A stretch of DNA of 32,000 nucleotides from Candidatus Saccharimonadota bacterium (GCA_965231145.1 OZ246420.1:900001-932000), one strand, 5' to 3'. Shown: positions 10,234 to 20,382, numbered from the stretch's first letter. Numbers and translations are program-made. The notes: generated from the letters alone by a model not told the origin.

Positions 10234-11316
10234 TTACCTAAGATATTTACTTATGTTGTCATTGTGTCATTGTATATTTTCTGCGTAGCGGATGACGCCA
10301 TTTGCGTCATGGATGTAAAAGAAGTAATTTGTTTTATTAAATTCGAGTACTGCACGGATCGTATCTACAGAAGAATTTGCAATAGGCGTCGGAGGAAGAC
10401 CTCTGTGTACTCTAGTATTGTAGACGTTATCAGTATCTTCTATATTTTGATTGATAAACGATGGTGTGCAATTTTCATAGGGCTTGTGTAGGCCATAACA
10501 GAGCGTAATATCTGCGCCTAAAAGAGTTCCCTGCTGCAAACGATTGAAAAATATTCATGCGACGGTTGGTTTGTTTTGCGTATTTCTTTCTTCTTTCTCG
10601 ATCACAGATGCAAGACGAAGGATATTCCACAAATCCATCGTATAACTCATGGCAATTCCTTTTGCCTGAAGAAGAGAAGGAAATGAGGTGATCGCTGTTG
10701 CATAAGGCTGATATATCTTTTTATCAAACGCTTGAAGTTGTAGCTTCACAAGCTGCGTTAGTGGCTCCTTGCTTGGATCAATGAAGTACGTATCAGGATA
10801 GAGCCATCATTCAAGTGATGGAAATCCATGTGTTTTATATGCTTCCGCAAGATAGCGATATGTAGCTCAGAGATTATTTATCAGATCTTTTGATGAAACG
10901 TATGCTACGTATTCACCTGGCTGTATAAATCATTTGCTCGCAAGCGATGCATCTATGTCATAAATAGATCGTCACTCTAAGACAGTGAAGCGGACATATT
11001 GGGATGTGGGTCATACTTGTATCACATCAAGAAAAGTTTTCGGTGTATACGAACCGCTAAACTGATATGTTCCAAGTTGAATATTTGCAAGATCAACTTC
11101 ATGGGTCTTTATGTACGTCTTTACTTTAAACCTTTCGAGACTATTAAGTTGAGCAAGAAATACATTGAGCGTATCTCACTTTTTGACAATGACTGATTTC
11201 TGGAGCTTAAAGCGCTGGCTCGACACAATGCTTATCCATATTACTGCGACAATAATGATAAGTACTATCCAACGACCAAGACGAGTTTTTTTTCTTCCAA
11301 ATGAATGATGCGACAT
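10234..11316 (-). CDS. mltG: endolytic murein transglycosylase MltG (YceG-like)
   Basis: N-terminal TM segment (RWIVLIIIVAVIWISIV), then ...FTVLE[G]RSIYDIDASLASK..., ASVIEKEE..., YNTRVHRGLPPTPIANSSVDTIRAVLEFNKTNYFFYIHDANGVIRYAE. Track ORFs 10267..10539 and 10555..10749 share one frame. Stop TAA 10234-10236. Confidence 0.85.
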
Positions 11317-11490
11317 AGCAGCAGAATAAACAGTAAAATACTACATCTTCAATGTATGATTTTGGCATGAAAAAACAAACCTATTGTCATTTAATGATTG
11401 CAAACTTTGTCGGTATTCATAATACTATTCTCAATTATTGTTTTGTATGAATGATCTACATCTTGGTTTTAGTTTTTAATTGATTATTGC

Positions 11491-12015
11491 ATGAAACAAC
11501 TCCGCGGACCACTCATTCTTATCTTCGTTGTGCTGGTAGCACTTATGATATGGAAACAACTACCTATGAATCAGAACACTCAAACTCCTTCAGAAATAGA
11601 TGCGCTTCTCCAGCAGGGATCAGGAAATACAACAACCCCTTCAAATATTGTTATCACAACAGGAGATAGTGGCATGCAATATACTGGCGGTGGTGAGTAC
11701 GCTCTCTACACACCAGAGAAATTTACTGAGGCACTTACTGCAAATAAGCGCATCATCCTTGCTTTTGAAAGGACAGGCGACCCAACATCTGATGCGCTGC
11801 ATGACGATATCGTTGCGCGCGCAGCGCGCATTCCTGAAAACACTATCATCTTCTTTGTAGACTTTGACAACCAGGCGACTCTTGATACCAGATATTCTGT
11901 TGAATGACCCAATACGATCATCTATTTGAGCAATAATGCTACAGAAATAAGAAGAACTGGTAATGGTGTTGTAACGCTTGAGCAAATTGTGAAGAATGTT
12001 GATTGATTATATTAA
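11491..12015 (+). CDS. membrane-anchored thioredoxin-fold protein
   Basis: N-terminal TM segment (LILIFVVLVALMIW). The C-terminus ...IIFFVDFDNQATLDTRYSVE[TGA]PNTIIYLSNNATEIRRTGNGVVTLEQIVKNV resembles the Trx-like v.G.PT.i pattern. Stop TAA 12013-12015. Confidence 0.55.
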
Positions 12016-12042
12016 AAAAGAAAGCGAATGCTTTCTTTTTTT
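12016..12042. terminator. bidirectional terminator shared by convergent genes
   Basis: AGAAAGC-GAAT-GCTTTCT, with an A-run upstream and a T-run downstream. Confidence 0.7.
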
Positions 12043-12985
12043 AATCACCTGCTCAGCCACCTCATGACATACCTCCTCCTCCGCTAAATGAACTTCCACC
12101 TCAACCAAAACTACCTCCACTACTCCATCCGCCTCAAAATCATGTTCAACGACTGACCACTATATTTCCAGCTATCACATTATAGAAAATAACTCATATC
12201 CACGATGCAAGCCACGGTCCTATCAGATACGCTCTCCATGGCAATAATATAAGAAACAACTGAAATACAAAGACCATGATAAGTGGCAATGATTTGTATA
12301 GCGTTTTATTTTTATTTTTTCAGATTATTACTCACTTAATTTTCTCCGCCGCCTTTCTTTTTTTCTGCATGATTCCCATCCATATATCATATCCGATAAC
12401 CACAATAAATCAGATAAGATTGATAATAATCAACTCTGGAGAGATGACATCCTCTGAAAAAGCAAGGGATTGTGCTTCATCAGAAGCTATTGCTTCTTCT
12501 ACTCTTTGATAAAACACTCTTACGGCTCATGCATAGTCTCATGCATTTACCAATGGGCGAATATCCTGCTCAATAATTTTACTTGCCAACACGTCGGGCA
12601 TCTGCCCTTCCAGTCCATATCAGACCATAATACGAATCTTCTTTTCATCTGTTGCGATCACCAGTAGCAATCAATCATTATTTTTCTTACTTCCAATACC
12701 ATTGTCATTGAATGCCTTCAGAGAAATATCAAAAAGTTCTTTCCCCTGACGATCCGGAATCAAAATAGCCACAAACTGGCGTCATGAGTTCTGATCATAC
12801 TGATATGCATGATCGTTGAACTGCTGCAGTGTCGTAGCGTCCAACACACCGGCAAAATCTGTTACATATTGATTAAGCTTCGGCAGATTCATCACATCAA
12901 GATTTTGCGTTTGGGCAAAAGTGACACTTCATAGACAGAGTGTCATCAATGCAATCATGTTTCCTACGATCTTTTTTATATTCAT
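12041..12985 (-). CDS. TPM-domain (YgcG-like) membrane protein with Gly-rich C-terminal tail
   Basis: Not in the ORF track (split by ~18 TGA). YVTDFAGVLDATTLQQFN...[G]RQFVAILIPD...NNDG[=TGA]LLLVIATDEKKIRIMV[G]YGLEGQMPDVLASKII..., two TM helices, and tail SR[G]T[G]F[G]GGWSSGGSFG[G]GGSSFSGGGGMS[G]GG[G]AGD. This is the usual partner of lemA. Confidence 0.85.
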
Positions 12986-13073
12986 TACCGGCAGCTAGAT
13001 TTTAGCAGTTAGCAATTGGCATATATTATCTTGCTAGTTGCCAGCTGCTAGTTGCTATATGCTAAATAAAAAT

Positions 13074-13673
13074 TTAGTTAAGAAGTCCTTCTACATCCGG
13101 AACTTGTTTGATATCTTTATCTTCAGGAGGTGTAATACGAGCCTTCTCTTCGAACCCAAATAAACCTGAGAAAAGCTTACCCCATGGGAACGTTCTTACC
13201 TTCAAGTTATAGTCTATCACCATATTATTGTAATTCATGATCTCTGTACGGATACGATTTTCTGATCCTTCAAGTGTCACGTAAAGATTATTAAACTGCG
13301 TATCAGCTTTCAGCTGTGGGTAGGCTTCTACTGTTACTTTGAGTCCGCCGAGCGTAGAGGCAAGAAGCGACGAAAAGTCAGATGACTTATAATCTCCATT
13401 TTGGATCATCGCATTGAGCTGATCAAGATTTGCGCTCTGTGAACGAAGCGCCACAATGCCTGTAAGTACAGACCCCTCATACTCTGTATATTTCTTTACT
13501 ACAGCAGTAACCTGAGGAACAAGATCAACGCGTCTTTCATACACATTATCTACCTGCGCTTGCTGGGTCTTGATACTTTCATCAAGTCCGATCATACCAT
13601 TGTAGAAACTCACTCCTTTTGCTACAACAATAACCACTATTGCGACAATAACCCATAACCACCATTTTTTCAT
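13074..13673 (-). CDS. lemA: LemA family protein
   Basis: MKKWWLWVIVAIVVIVVA...YNGMIGLDESIKTQQAQVDNVYERRVDLVPQVTAVVKKYTEYE...ALRSQ... is a typical LemA. Uninterrupted 199-aa ORF. Confidence 0.9.
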   Translation of the reverse strand: MKKWWLWVIVAIVVIVVAKGVSFYNGMIGLDESIKTQQAQVDNVYERRVDLVPQVTAVVKKYTEYEGSVLTGIVALRSQSANLDQLNAMIQNGDYKSSDFSSLLASTLGGLKVTVEAYPQLKADTQFNNLYVTLEGSENRIRTEIMNYNNMVIDYNLKVRTFPWGKLFSGLFGFEEKARITPPEDKDIKQVPDVEGLLN

Positions 13674-13788
13674 CTTTATTTCTTATTAAGGTACTAAAAA
13701 GCAAATAGATTGTAGCAGATGGCAAGTAGCATCCAATTGCTAGGTGCAATCTGGCAGTTGCCACATGCGAATAATATGATTAATTAGT

Positions 13789-14607
13789 TTAGTTTTTATG
13801 ATTCACAATCTGTGGTTTATCTTTGACATTTCTTGTTTCCCATTTGATCTTGATGAGCTGCCAGTTTTGGATCATGTACTGTACGATCGTAAAGAGCGTC
13901 GTCGTCAATAAGTAGACACCTACTCCGCTTGGTGTACTATAGATAAATGATCCCATCATAAATGCCATAAAGATATTCATGAAGCCCATCATCTTTGTCA
14001 TGTCAGGCATAGGTTGTCCTGTAGGACTCATCTTTGGCGCAGCTTTTGGCTGGTTAAGAGCCATAAGTTTTGACTGTATGTATACGAGGATCGCACCAAC
14101 TATCGTCAATGGCCAGTTGTTACCAACGAGAAGATCAATACCTAAGAACCAGTGCTGAATTGCATCGATAGAAAGATACTGAGATGCAAATGGCGCGATG
14201 AATGAGTAGATATCATTTGGATCAATAACCGCTCCTTTGGCACCGGCGAATGCACGGATGACGTACAAAAGTCCAAAAAACACTGGGATCTGTACAAGAA
14301 GCGACAAACAACCCTTGAGAGGTCCAATACCGTCAGATTTCATGACCTTCATCGTTTCCTGTGAAAGTCTTGCCTGATCATCAGCATATTTTTCCTGGAT
14401 CTCTTTGAGTTTTTCCTGCATGTTACCCATACCCTTCTGCATTTGTGCCTGATTTGAGCTTACCTTCCAGAGAAGCGCTCTGATAACAAGCGTCACCGCA
14501 ATGATCGCAAGACCAAGATTTCCCGCAAAAAGCGAAAGAAATATAACAAGGAGATTGAATATCGGACGATATATAAGTTCTACGGCAATAAGCTTAAATG
14601 GATTCAT
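13789..14607 (-). CDS. yidC: membrane protein insertase YidC (short, Oxa1-like form)
   Basis: ...GLAIIAVTLVIRALLWKVSSNQAQMQKGM...MQEKLKEIQEKYADDQARLSQETMKVMKSDGIGPLKGCLSLLVQIPVFFGLLYVIR... Uninterrupted 272-aa ORF. Confidence 0.9.
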   Translation of the reverse strand: MNPFKLIAVELIYRPIFNLLVIFLSLFAGNLGLAIIAVTLVIRALLWKVSSNQAQMQKGMGNMQEKLKEIQEKYADDQARLSQETMKVMKSDGIGPLKGCLSLLVQIPVFFGLLYVIRAFAGAKGAVIDPNDIYSFIAPFASQYLSIDAIQHWFLGIDLLVGNNWPLTIVGAILVYIQSKLMALNQPKAAPKMSPTGQPMPDMTKMMGFMNIFMAFMMGSFIYSTPSGVGVYLLTTTLFTIVQYMIQNWQLIKIKWETRNVKDKPQIVNHKN

Positions 14608-14767
14608 CGAGTGTCGTATCTATAAGAACTAAATCTTCTTATATATAGGGATATACGAGAAGAATACAAGAAGGTATATTACCAACAGTAATTACGACTA
14701 AAAAAAATTATTCTCATTTAAAAAAAACTCTCCGTTTCCAGAGGGCTTTTCTTGTTTTAATAAATAA

Positions 14768-15394
14768 CTATTTTTGTTCTTTGCGCTGCATATACTCGAC
14801 AATCACTTCGCCGAGCGTTTCAACCAAGACATCAAATTTTTCATCACGCACGTTGGTTGGAGTTTCATCGACTTCTTCTGGTTTCTCATCTGGATACATA
14901 CTCTGTTCTTTCCATGCGGCGATGATCGCCGCCTGTTTCTTTGGTTGTGAGACGTGCTGAAATGGAAATGTGATATCGTGCTCTATGCGAACAAGGATAT
15001 CTCCAATATTTCGCGCTGCATCTACGAGACCATTTTGTTCGTAGGTAATCATCTCTACATTTGGTCGGTAGATGGTTTCTGTTTTGTATTGCAAGAAACC
15101 ATTTCGAGTGAGTAATGTGATACCAGTCCTCGTCACAAGTATCGCATCAAAATAATCATTGAGGATGCGCATGACGAAAAATGCATAGGTCATGAGTCCG
15201 ATCACACCGAAGATCATCGTGATCATCTCAGTATTGATGTACACACGTACGATACGATATACGAGAAATGTGATAGCCAAAAGCGCAAGATACTTGATAG
15301 ATGTTTTTATGTATATCAAAATGTCGTGGCCGATGATATGCTCTACCTGGTCATGATTTACATACTGTCTGATGATAAAGTTTTTAAGGTTCAT
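14768..15394 (-). CDS. hypothetical membrane protein, bacterial PH (YdbT-like) domain suspected
   Basis: Two TM helices followed by a soluble beta-rich domain and an acidic tail. Uninterrupted ORF with TAG stop. Confidence 0.5.
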   Translation of the reverse strand: MNLKNFIIRQYVNHDQVEHIIGHDILIYIKTSIKYLALLAITFLVYRIVRVYINTEMITMIFGVIGLMTYAFFVMRILNDYFDAILVTRTGITLLTRNGFLQYKTETIYRPNVEMITYEQNGLVDAARNIGDILVRIEHDITFPFQHVSQPKKQAAIIAAWKEQSMYPDEKPEEVDETPTNVRDEKFDVLVETLGEVIVEYMQRKEQK

Positions 15395-15434
15395 AGAGGG
15401 AACAATAAAACTAAACCTTCTTTATGCAATATAT

Positions 15435-15460
15435 AAAACGTAAAACCTTTTGGTCTTACG
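15435..15460 (-). terminator. terminator after rpmE
   Basis: Minus-strand CGUAAGACC-AAAA-GGUUUUACG (with G:U pairs) followed by UUUU. Confidence 0.45.
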
Positions 15461-15477
15461 TTTCACACAAATATATA

Positions 15478-15714
15478 TTACTTCTTTGTTGCTTTCACTG
15501 CGTCGATCTTCTTCATCTTCTCAGCAAACTTCTCCATACGACCCTTAGAAACCTGTTTTACGACAAGTCACTTATTGTACGCTGGATGACAAGCTGGACA
15601 ACTATCTTGTTTCAAAGGTCCTTTTACTGTTGTAGCGATAGTAAACTCGTTTCCACAGATACAAGTTACCTGAACCGCAGTATCGTACTGAGGATGAATT
15701 CCTTTTTTTGGCAT
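15478..15714 (-). CDS. rpmE: 50S ribosomal protein L31
   Basis: Not in the ORF track. MPKKGIHPQYDTAVQVTCICGNEFTIATTVKGPLKQDSCPACHPAYNK[TGA]LVVKQVSKGRMEKFAEKMKK... shows the L31 signature (GIHP.Y, C.CG, CHP.Y). Confidence 0.88.
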
Positions 15715-15791
15715 GGTCAATGATGATTAAGTAGTTAAATGGGCGCGACGCAAGTACGTCACTCTATAATTAGGCATTGCTAATTAACAAA

Positions 15792-16304
15792 TTAGTTTTT
15801 TTTGTGTCATCTTTTGAATGTATGACCTTCAACTTCGTGATCATAGATTTCAGTCCCAGCGAACCAGAGTGAAAGCTCTTTTTCAGCTTCTTCAGGATTT
15901 GCTGATGCATGTATGATGTTTACCATCCACGCATTATTCGAATCGCTGTAACCATAACTTATGTGCGAATAATCTCCTCTAATCGTTCCTGGAAGCGCTG
16001 ATTTTGGTTCGGTAGCTCCTGTCATCTTTCTGACAAGCGCGATAGCTTCGATACCTTCCCATACCATAGCGATAACTGGACCAGACATCATAAAGTCACG
16101 ATTTACATTGAAGATTTCCTTGTTATAACGTGTAATCATCGTACCGATTTCTTCATAGTGCTTGTAGTAGAAATCTTCATTTGGCCAAAGCATTTTCATA
16201 CCTACCAAGTGGAGCCCTACTCTTTCAAAACGGCTGATAACTTCACCAACGATACCTCTTTTAATAGCATCCGGCTTCAAGACAACAAGGGTTTTCTGCA
16301 GCAT
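15792..16304 (-). CDS. ndk: nucleoside-diphosphate kinase
   Basis: TLVVLKPDAIKRGIVGEVISRFERVGLHLVGMKM...GPVIAMVWEG...ALVRKMTGATEP..ALPGTIRGDY...NIIHASA. The track stop at 15807 is TGA; the real stop is TAA 15792-15794. Confidence 0.9.
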
Positions 16305-16415
16305 GCGATACGCCTAGATAAGATCTAAAATCTTAGGCTTCGATAGTACGGATTTGCTTCTCAATTACAAGCTGAAATCCTTTTCTGCAAGTAAAACCTC
16401 TCCCTCTAGGATCGA

Positions 16416-16443
16416 TTGACTTATCGCCAGAATTTGATACAAT
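16416..16443 (+). promoter_or_regulatory. sigma70-like promoter for the 16469 gene
   Basis: TTGACT, 16-nt spacer, TACAAT, located 25 nt upstream of the ATG. Confidence 0.45.
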
Positions 16444-16468
16444 TCAAGCTTAACAAAACAGAAATACT

Positions 16469-17101
16469 ATGCAAAATATATTAACAGATCTATTCCAAAG
16501 CATCCCTCACAATGAAGTAAGGAGAATAGCCATCAAGCCCTTTGGAGAAGGATGGGATGATGAGCTTACTACCCTGCTTTTACGTTGGCGCTGGATCAAA
16601 TATAAAAGCAAACTGTTCTCACTATTGCACGCCGTAAATCACAAGCATTGGCCGGAGTTTTACATTCGAAAAGCCGAGCCATCGCAAGAGGTTATAACTG
16701 CTATGCAATTACTCGAAGGAATAAATCATAATGTAGTAGTATTCAGCTATTTTCCTAAGACTGAGGAGATTATGATCACTACGACATGTGTGGCAAAACC
16801 TGACGGCAGGAAGAAACCAGATCCACGGTTCATCCATCAAGGAAGTGTATATCCTATGACTGTCGAACACGGGTTTTCCCTCCTTCTTCCTGAAAAACAC
16901 ACCGACTTCAGGCTCAATCCTGAACGGGTAAAAACACCAACGGACCTTACGATGTATGATTGCAGTGAATGCGTCGCAGCACAGCGCAAACACACCATCA
17001 TTCGCATCGGAGCACCAGGCGGCAAACACACCGATTCACATTACCATCAATGTACCGGCTGCGAAGCTATCGCTGGTCCATGGCAAGATGGCGGCTATTA
17101 A
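16469..17101 (+). CDS. hypothetical protein with C-terminal CxxC...CxxC zinc-ribbon-like motif
   Basis: Uninterrupted 210-aa ORF. ...YDCSECVAAQRKHTIIRIGAPGGKHTDSHYHQCTGCEAI... No family recognised. Confidence 0.55.
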   Translation: MQNILTDLFQSIPHNEVRRIAIKPFGEGWDDELTTLLLRWRWIKYKSKLFSLLHAVNHKHWPEFYIRKAEPSQEVITAMQLLEGINHNVVVFSYFPKTEEIMITTTCVAKPDGRKKPDPRFIHQGSVYPMTVEHGFSLLLPEKHTDFRLNPERVKTPTDLTMYDCSECVAAQRKHTIIRIGAPGGKHTDSHYHQCTGCEAIAGPWQDGGY

Positions 17102-17132
17102 AAATTATTGATAAAAATAAAACCACCAAACA

Positions 17133-17528
17133 ATGCAAAGAATTTTATTAACTACGACTTTTATCTTCCATGCTGGTAAAGCACACATGGATAACTCAAA
17201 AAGCATCAGGGACGCATGCAATCAAAGCTCTTCTGAAGCACAAACATTTTTACAACCTATTATCAGCATCAGCAATCCATATGGCGAGACTCCTGAAGTA
17301 AAATTCGTTTTCCCTTATGAAAAAGGCCACAATAAGAATAAGATCGTCATTTCAAATTACACTATTGTTGACCATGACCCGCTTAAGATAACTTTTGAAG
17401 TAAGCGACGGGGTAAATACTGGGAAATATCAGGTTGTTGAGGGGCAAGAAAATGGTGAATGGACCGGATTCTTTATACAAAACAATCGCCCGGTATATTC
17501 TCTATCTGGTACAATGTATGTAGAATAA
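17133..17528 (+). CDS. hypothetical small beta-rich protein
   Basis: Uninterrupted 131-aa ORF (alternative start 17187), followed immediately by a strong terminator. No family recognised. Confidence 0.5.
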   Translation: MQRILLTTTFIFHAGKAHMDNSKSIRDACNQSSSEAQTFLQPIISISNPYGETPEVKFVFPYEKGHNKNKIVISNYTIVDHDPLKITFEVSDGVNTGKYQVVEGQENGEWTGFFIQNNRPVYSLSGTMYVE

Positions 17529-17538
17529 ATCTAAAGTG

Positions 17539-17563
17539 AGTCCCCGTTTGCGGGGACTTTTTT
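17539..17563 (+). terminator. rho-independent terminator
   Basis: AGTCCCCG-TTTG-CGGGGACT followed by TTTTT. Confidence 0.8.
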
Positions 17564-18776
17564 ATTTTTTAGGCTTATATGTTTTTATCAATTTCTGAAC
17601 CTCTTCTACACTCTCTCATAGAACTCTGAGGCGATTGTCTGTGACATACCATTTTCCTTCGGTACACACATCGAAGTATCATCTCTTTTCTGCAGATGCT
17701 TTAAGATGATGAATTTTTTTACCTGCGAGCTGATCAGCAAAACCAGGCAACATATATTTCCCGTTTTTAATAATATAGAGCTGTTTTTTATATTCAAAAA
17801 ATAATATATCGCCATCGGCTCGGCCGACACTCAATGTTCCAAAGGCATTTACCAGTACGAACTCTTTTGTCTGTGGATCATCAATAACAGGAAAATCAGG
17901 ATTGAGAAAGTTATAATCTTTATCTAACAGAGCAATGATGCTTGCTGTTTTTTCAGCGCCCTTTCTTGCGCGAAGATAAGTACGCAACATATAAATAGGT
18001 CTTTGTTTATCGTTTGTTTCAAATCTTTCAAAATCATGAAAATATTCAAATGGAGTGTGCGACAACACATTTACTCCTCACTGCACAATTCTTTTCAATC
18101 TCATTTTCTTGAACTCGTCATCTATGCCAATATCTTCCGCGACCTGATTCATATCAAAGTGATAGAGCTCCTCTACATTGAGTCTTCATGCTAACTTATT
18201 ACGATCAATAAATCATACACTATGATTATCGGCGATAACAGTCTTCTTATCAATATAGTGTCTGATCTTTTTCCAATCAGGAACATCAGTTGTTGTCAGA
18301 ATCTCCGTCACCGGATCTGAGAGTATTTCTATATCATTGTGTATATCAAAGTTTAATGTTACCATAAGCATCATGACGGTCTGACACAAAAGTCTGTCAT
18401 GAGGAGAGATTTGCGGACTATTTATCATCATGGCAGGCAGCGCTGCATAGAATTGGCCTACACCATGCTCTTGCGTCAATTGCTGTAGTCACATATCAAG
18501 CGACTGTTGCACCACGAGTCATCTGTTATTTTGCTTGTCTTCAACCACCCTATCTCCTCTTGTTTCACTATTACTACGTTGCGGTGTTACTACCTTTGCA
18601 TGGTTGGCCAAAAGTATCTTCATGAGTTCTTTCACATGAAGAGCAATCTTTTTATTATTCGCTCACTTATAGTACTCTCTTATGGAAAGTTGATCTACTG
18701 CCTCACCTACGAGCACAGAGAATGGCTTCTTTTCAGAGGCTTTTCTTATCTCATTAGACATGACTTGTTTATACAT
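17562..18776 (-). CDS. hypothetical protein, 404 aa, reconstructed across in-frame TGA codons
   Basis: Track ORFs 17679..18068 and 18213..18479 are in the same frame. Codon-by-codon reading from an upstream in-frame TAG (18852-18854) to TAA 17562-17564 finds only TGA interruptions (8 of them). The first ATG is at 18776. No family recognised. The central segment GQFYAALPAMMINSPQISPHDRLLCQTVMML looks winged-helix-like. Confidence 0.6.
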
Positions 18777-18886
18777 ATTCAATGATTTTAGTCAACATTC
18801 TTTGAGAACAACTTTTATAGGCTTTTTTGATAAAAAAATAGTTCCGGAGAACTATCTTTAAAAATATGATTATGAAATATGTAGTG

Positions 18887-19486
18887 TTATTCAAGCGGCG
18901 CATCAATGTTGTCCATAGGCGGTGTGTAGGCGCGTCTGAAAGTAGGAAGTTTGATATTTGAGATAAGTAAGATCGTTGTAAGTGTATGAACAAAGAACCA
19001 GACTGCAGTCATTTGTACGAATCCAAACACGATGGAATTGGTCGTGAAAGATTGCGCCAGCATTGTCATCTTCGTCATATCGAAAGAGTCGAGACCGATG
19101 ATAGAAAGTTCCAATGAGAAGATGATACTCGCGACAGTCAGTGGAACAAAAAGAAGCGTTAAGAGAAATCTTTTCACCCCCGATGCATGCATAGAAACAC
19201 GTACATTTGATTTGAGGAAGATGAGGAGGAGCAACAGCAAATAGACAATAAGTATGACTGTCGTTTTGTTATCGACCAAAAATGAGAGACTTGCTCACGT
19301 TCACGGATACATGGTATCAATCCACGTCACAAACCAATCAATAGTTGTTCGAAGAGATAAACATAGACCCGTTAATATATAATTTCCTATGACGACTTTT
19401 ACCATCCTCTCAAGACCGATGGCTAAAGAGAAAACACATAAGATACCAACTGCTCCAAAGATAAAATATTCAAGATTGTACATCAT
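18887..19486 (-). CDS. multi-pass membrane protein (possibly CvpA-like)
   Basis: ORFs 19301..19486 and 18887..19279 are in one frame, joined by ...TMYP[G]T[G]ASLSFLVDNK... About 4-5 hydrophobic helices. Stop TAA. Confidence 0.55.
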
Positions 19487-19569
19487 CGCATCACAGAGAA
19501 CTAAAAGTTGCTTTCGTGCTATAAATAGTTACAAAGACAATAATTTTATCGTACTTGTACTGAAATTTC

Positions 19570-20382
19570 ATGGTCATGTCAAACAAAAAGTGATTTACCC
19601 TGCTTGAACTCGTCATCGCGATAGGGATTATCGGTGCATGATTGATCGCTGTTTTCGTTGTCCTCAATAGTTGATTTTCTACGATGGCACAAGCAAGAGG
19701 TCAGATCATCGCTATCAATCTTGCAAGAGAAGGGGCAGAAACTGTATTTAATCTCAGAGATACCAATCTTCGCAAACGATCAGGCAAAAAAGACCTCTGT
19801 TGGCTCAATGCAAAAAGTCTCTTTGTAACAAATCAGGAGGCGTGTGAAGATGAAAAACGAATTGGTTACTATGAAGGATGAACGGGATTTTCTTACATAC
19901 CTATGATGGCACAATACGGACAAAGTATGGTACCGATCATGAATACCTTATTTCCTGGAGAACTTGATATCTTTGATGGGCTTAACCTTGCAGACAGATC
20001 GTTTGAAGTTGCACTTTCTGCCAGCGGAGAGTTCCTGCCAGCACCCTTATTTAGTGGAAGTATCTATGATAGCGCATGTCTGAGTATCGATACAGATGGC
20101 AATAATTCCATAGGGGTAGACTGTGAATGAATCACCTATTCGCCTGCAGGAAGATTTTATAGAACGATAAATCGTGTTGGACTATTCGACAAAAGCGCTA
20201 CCGTGACTGGAGGAAATAATATGCAATGTGAAAATGGAGCTGCAACTGATACCGTATGATCAGGACCATGTGGATGACCAGAAGCAAAAGAATTTCGTTT
20301 CTGTTCTGAGGTACAGTATATCGTCGACAATGCAAAAAGAAGGGTAACAATTTGTTCTGTTATGAGCAACTTCAAAGAGTAA
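19570..20382 (+). CDS. type IV pilin / pseudopilin-like protein (270 aa)
   Basis: MVMSNKK[TGA=G]FTLLELVIAIGIIGA[G]LIAVFVVLNS is a class III signal peptide with the G|FTLLE cleavage/methylation motif. ORFs 19684..19881 and 19903..20130 are in the same frame. The C-terminal part contains several Cys. Stop TAA 20380-20382. Confidence 0.85.

Noticed and set aside
16469-17528. TGA-free genes (also 28692-30088) as horizontally acquired from a standard-code donor or phage.
   Set aside because: Clearly native core genes (yidC, lemA, most of the surface protein) are equally TGA-free. Absence of TGA alone is therefore not evidence of foreign origin. The slightly higher G+C seen by eye is not convincing without computation.
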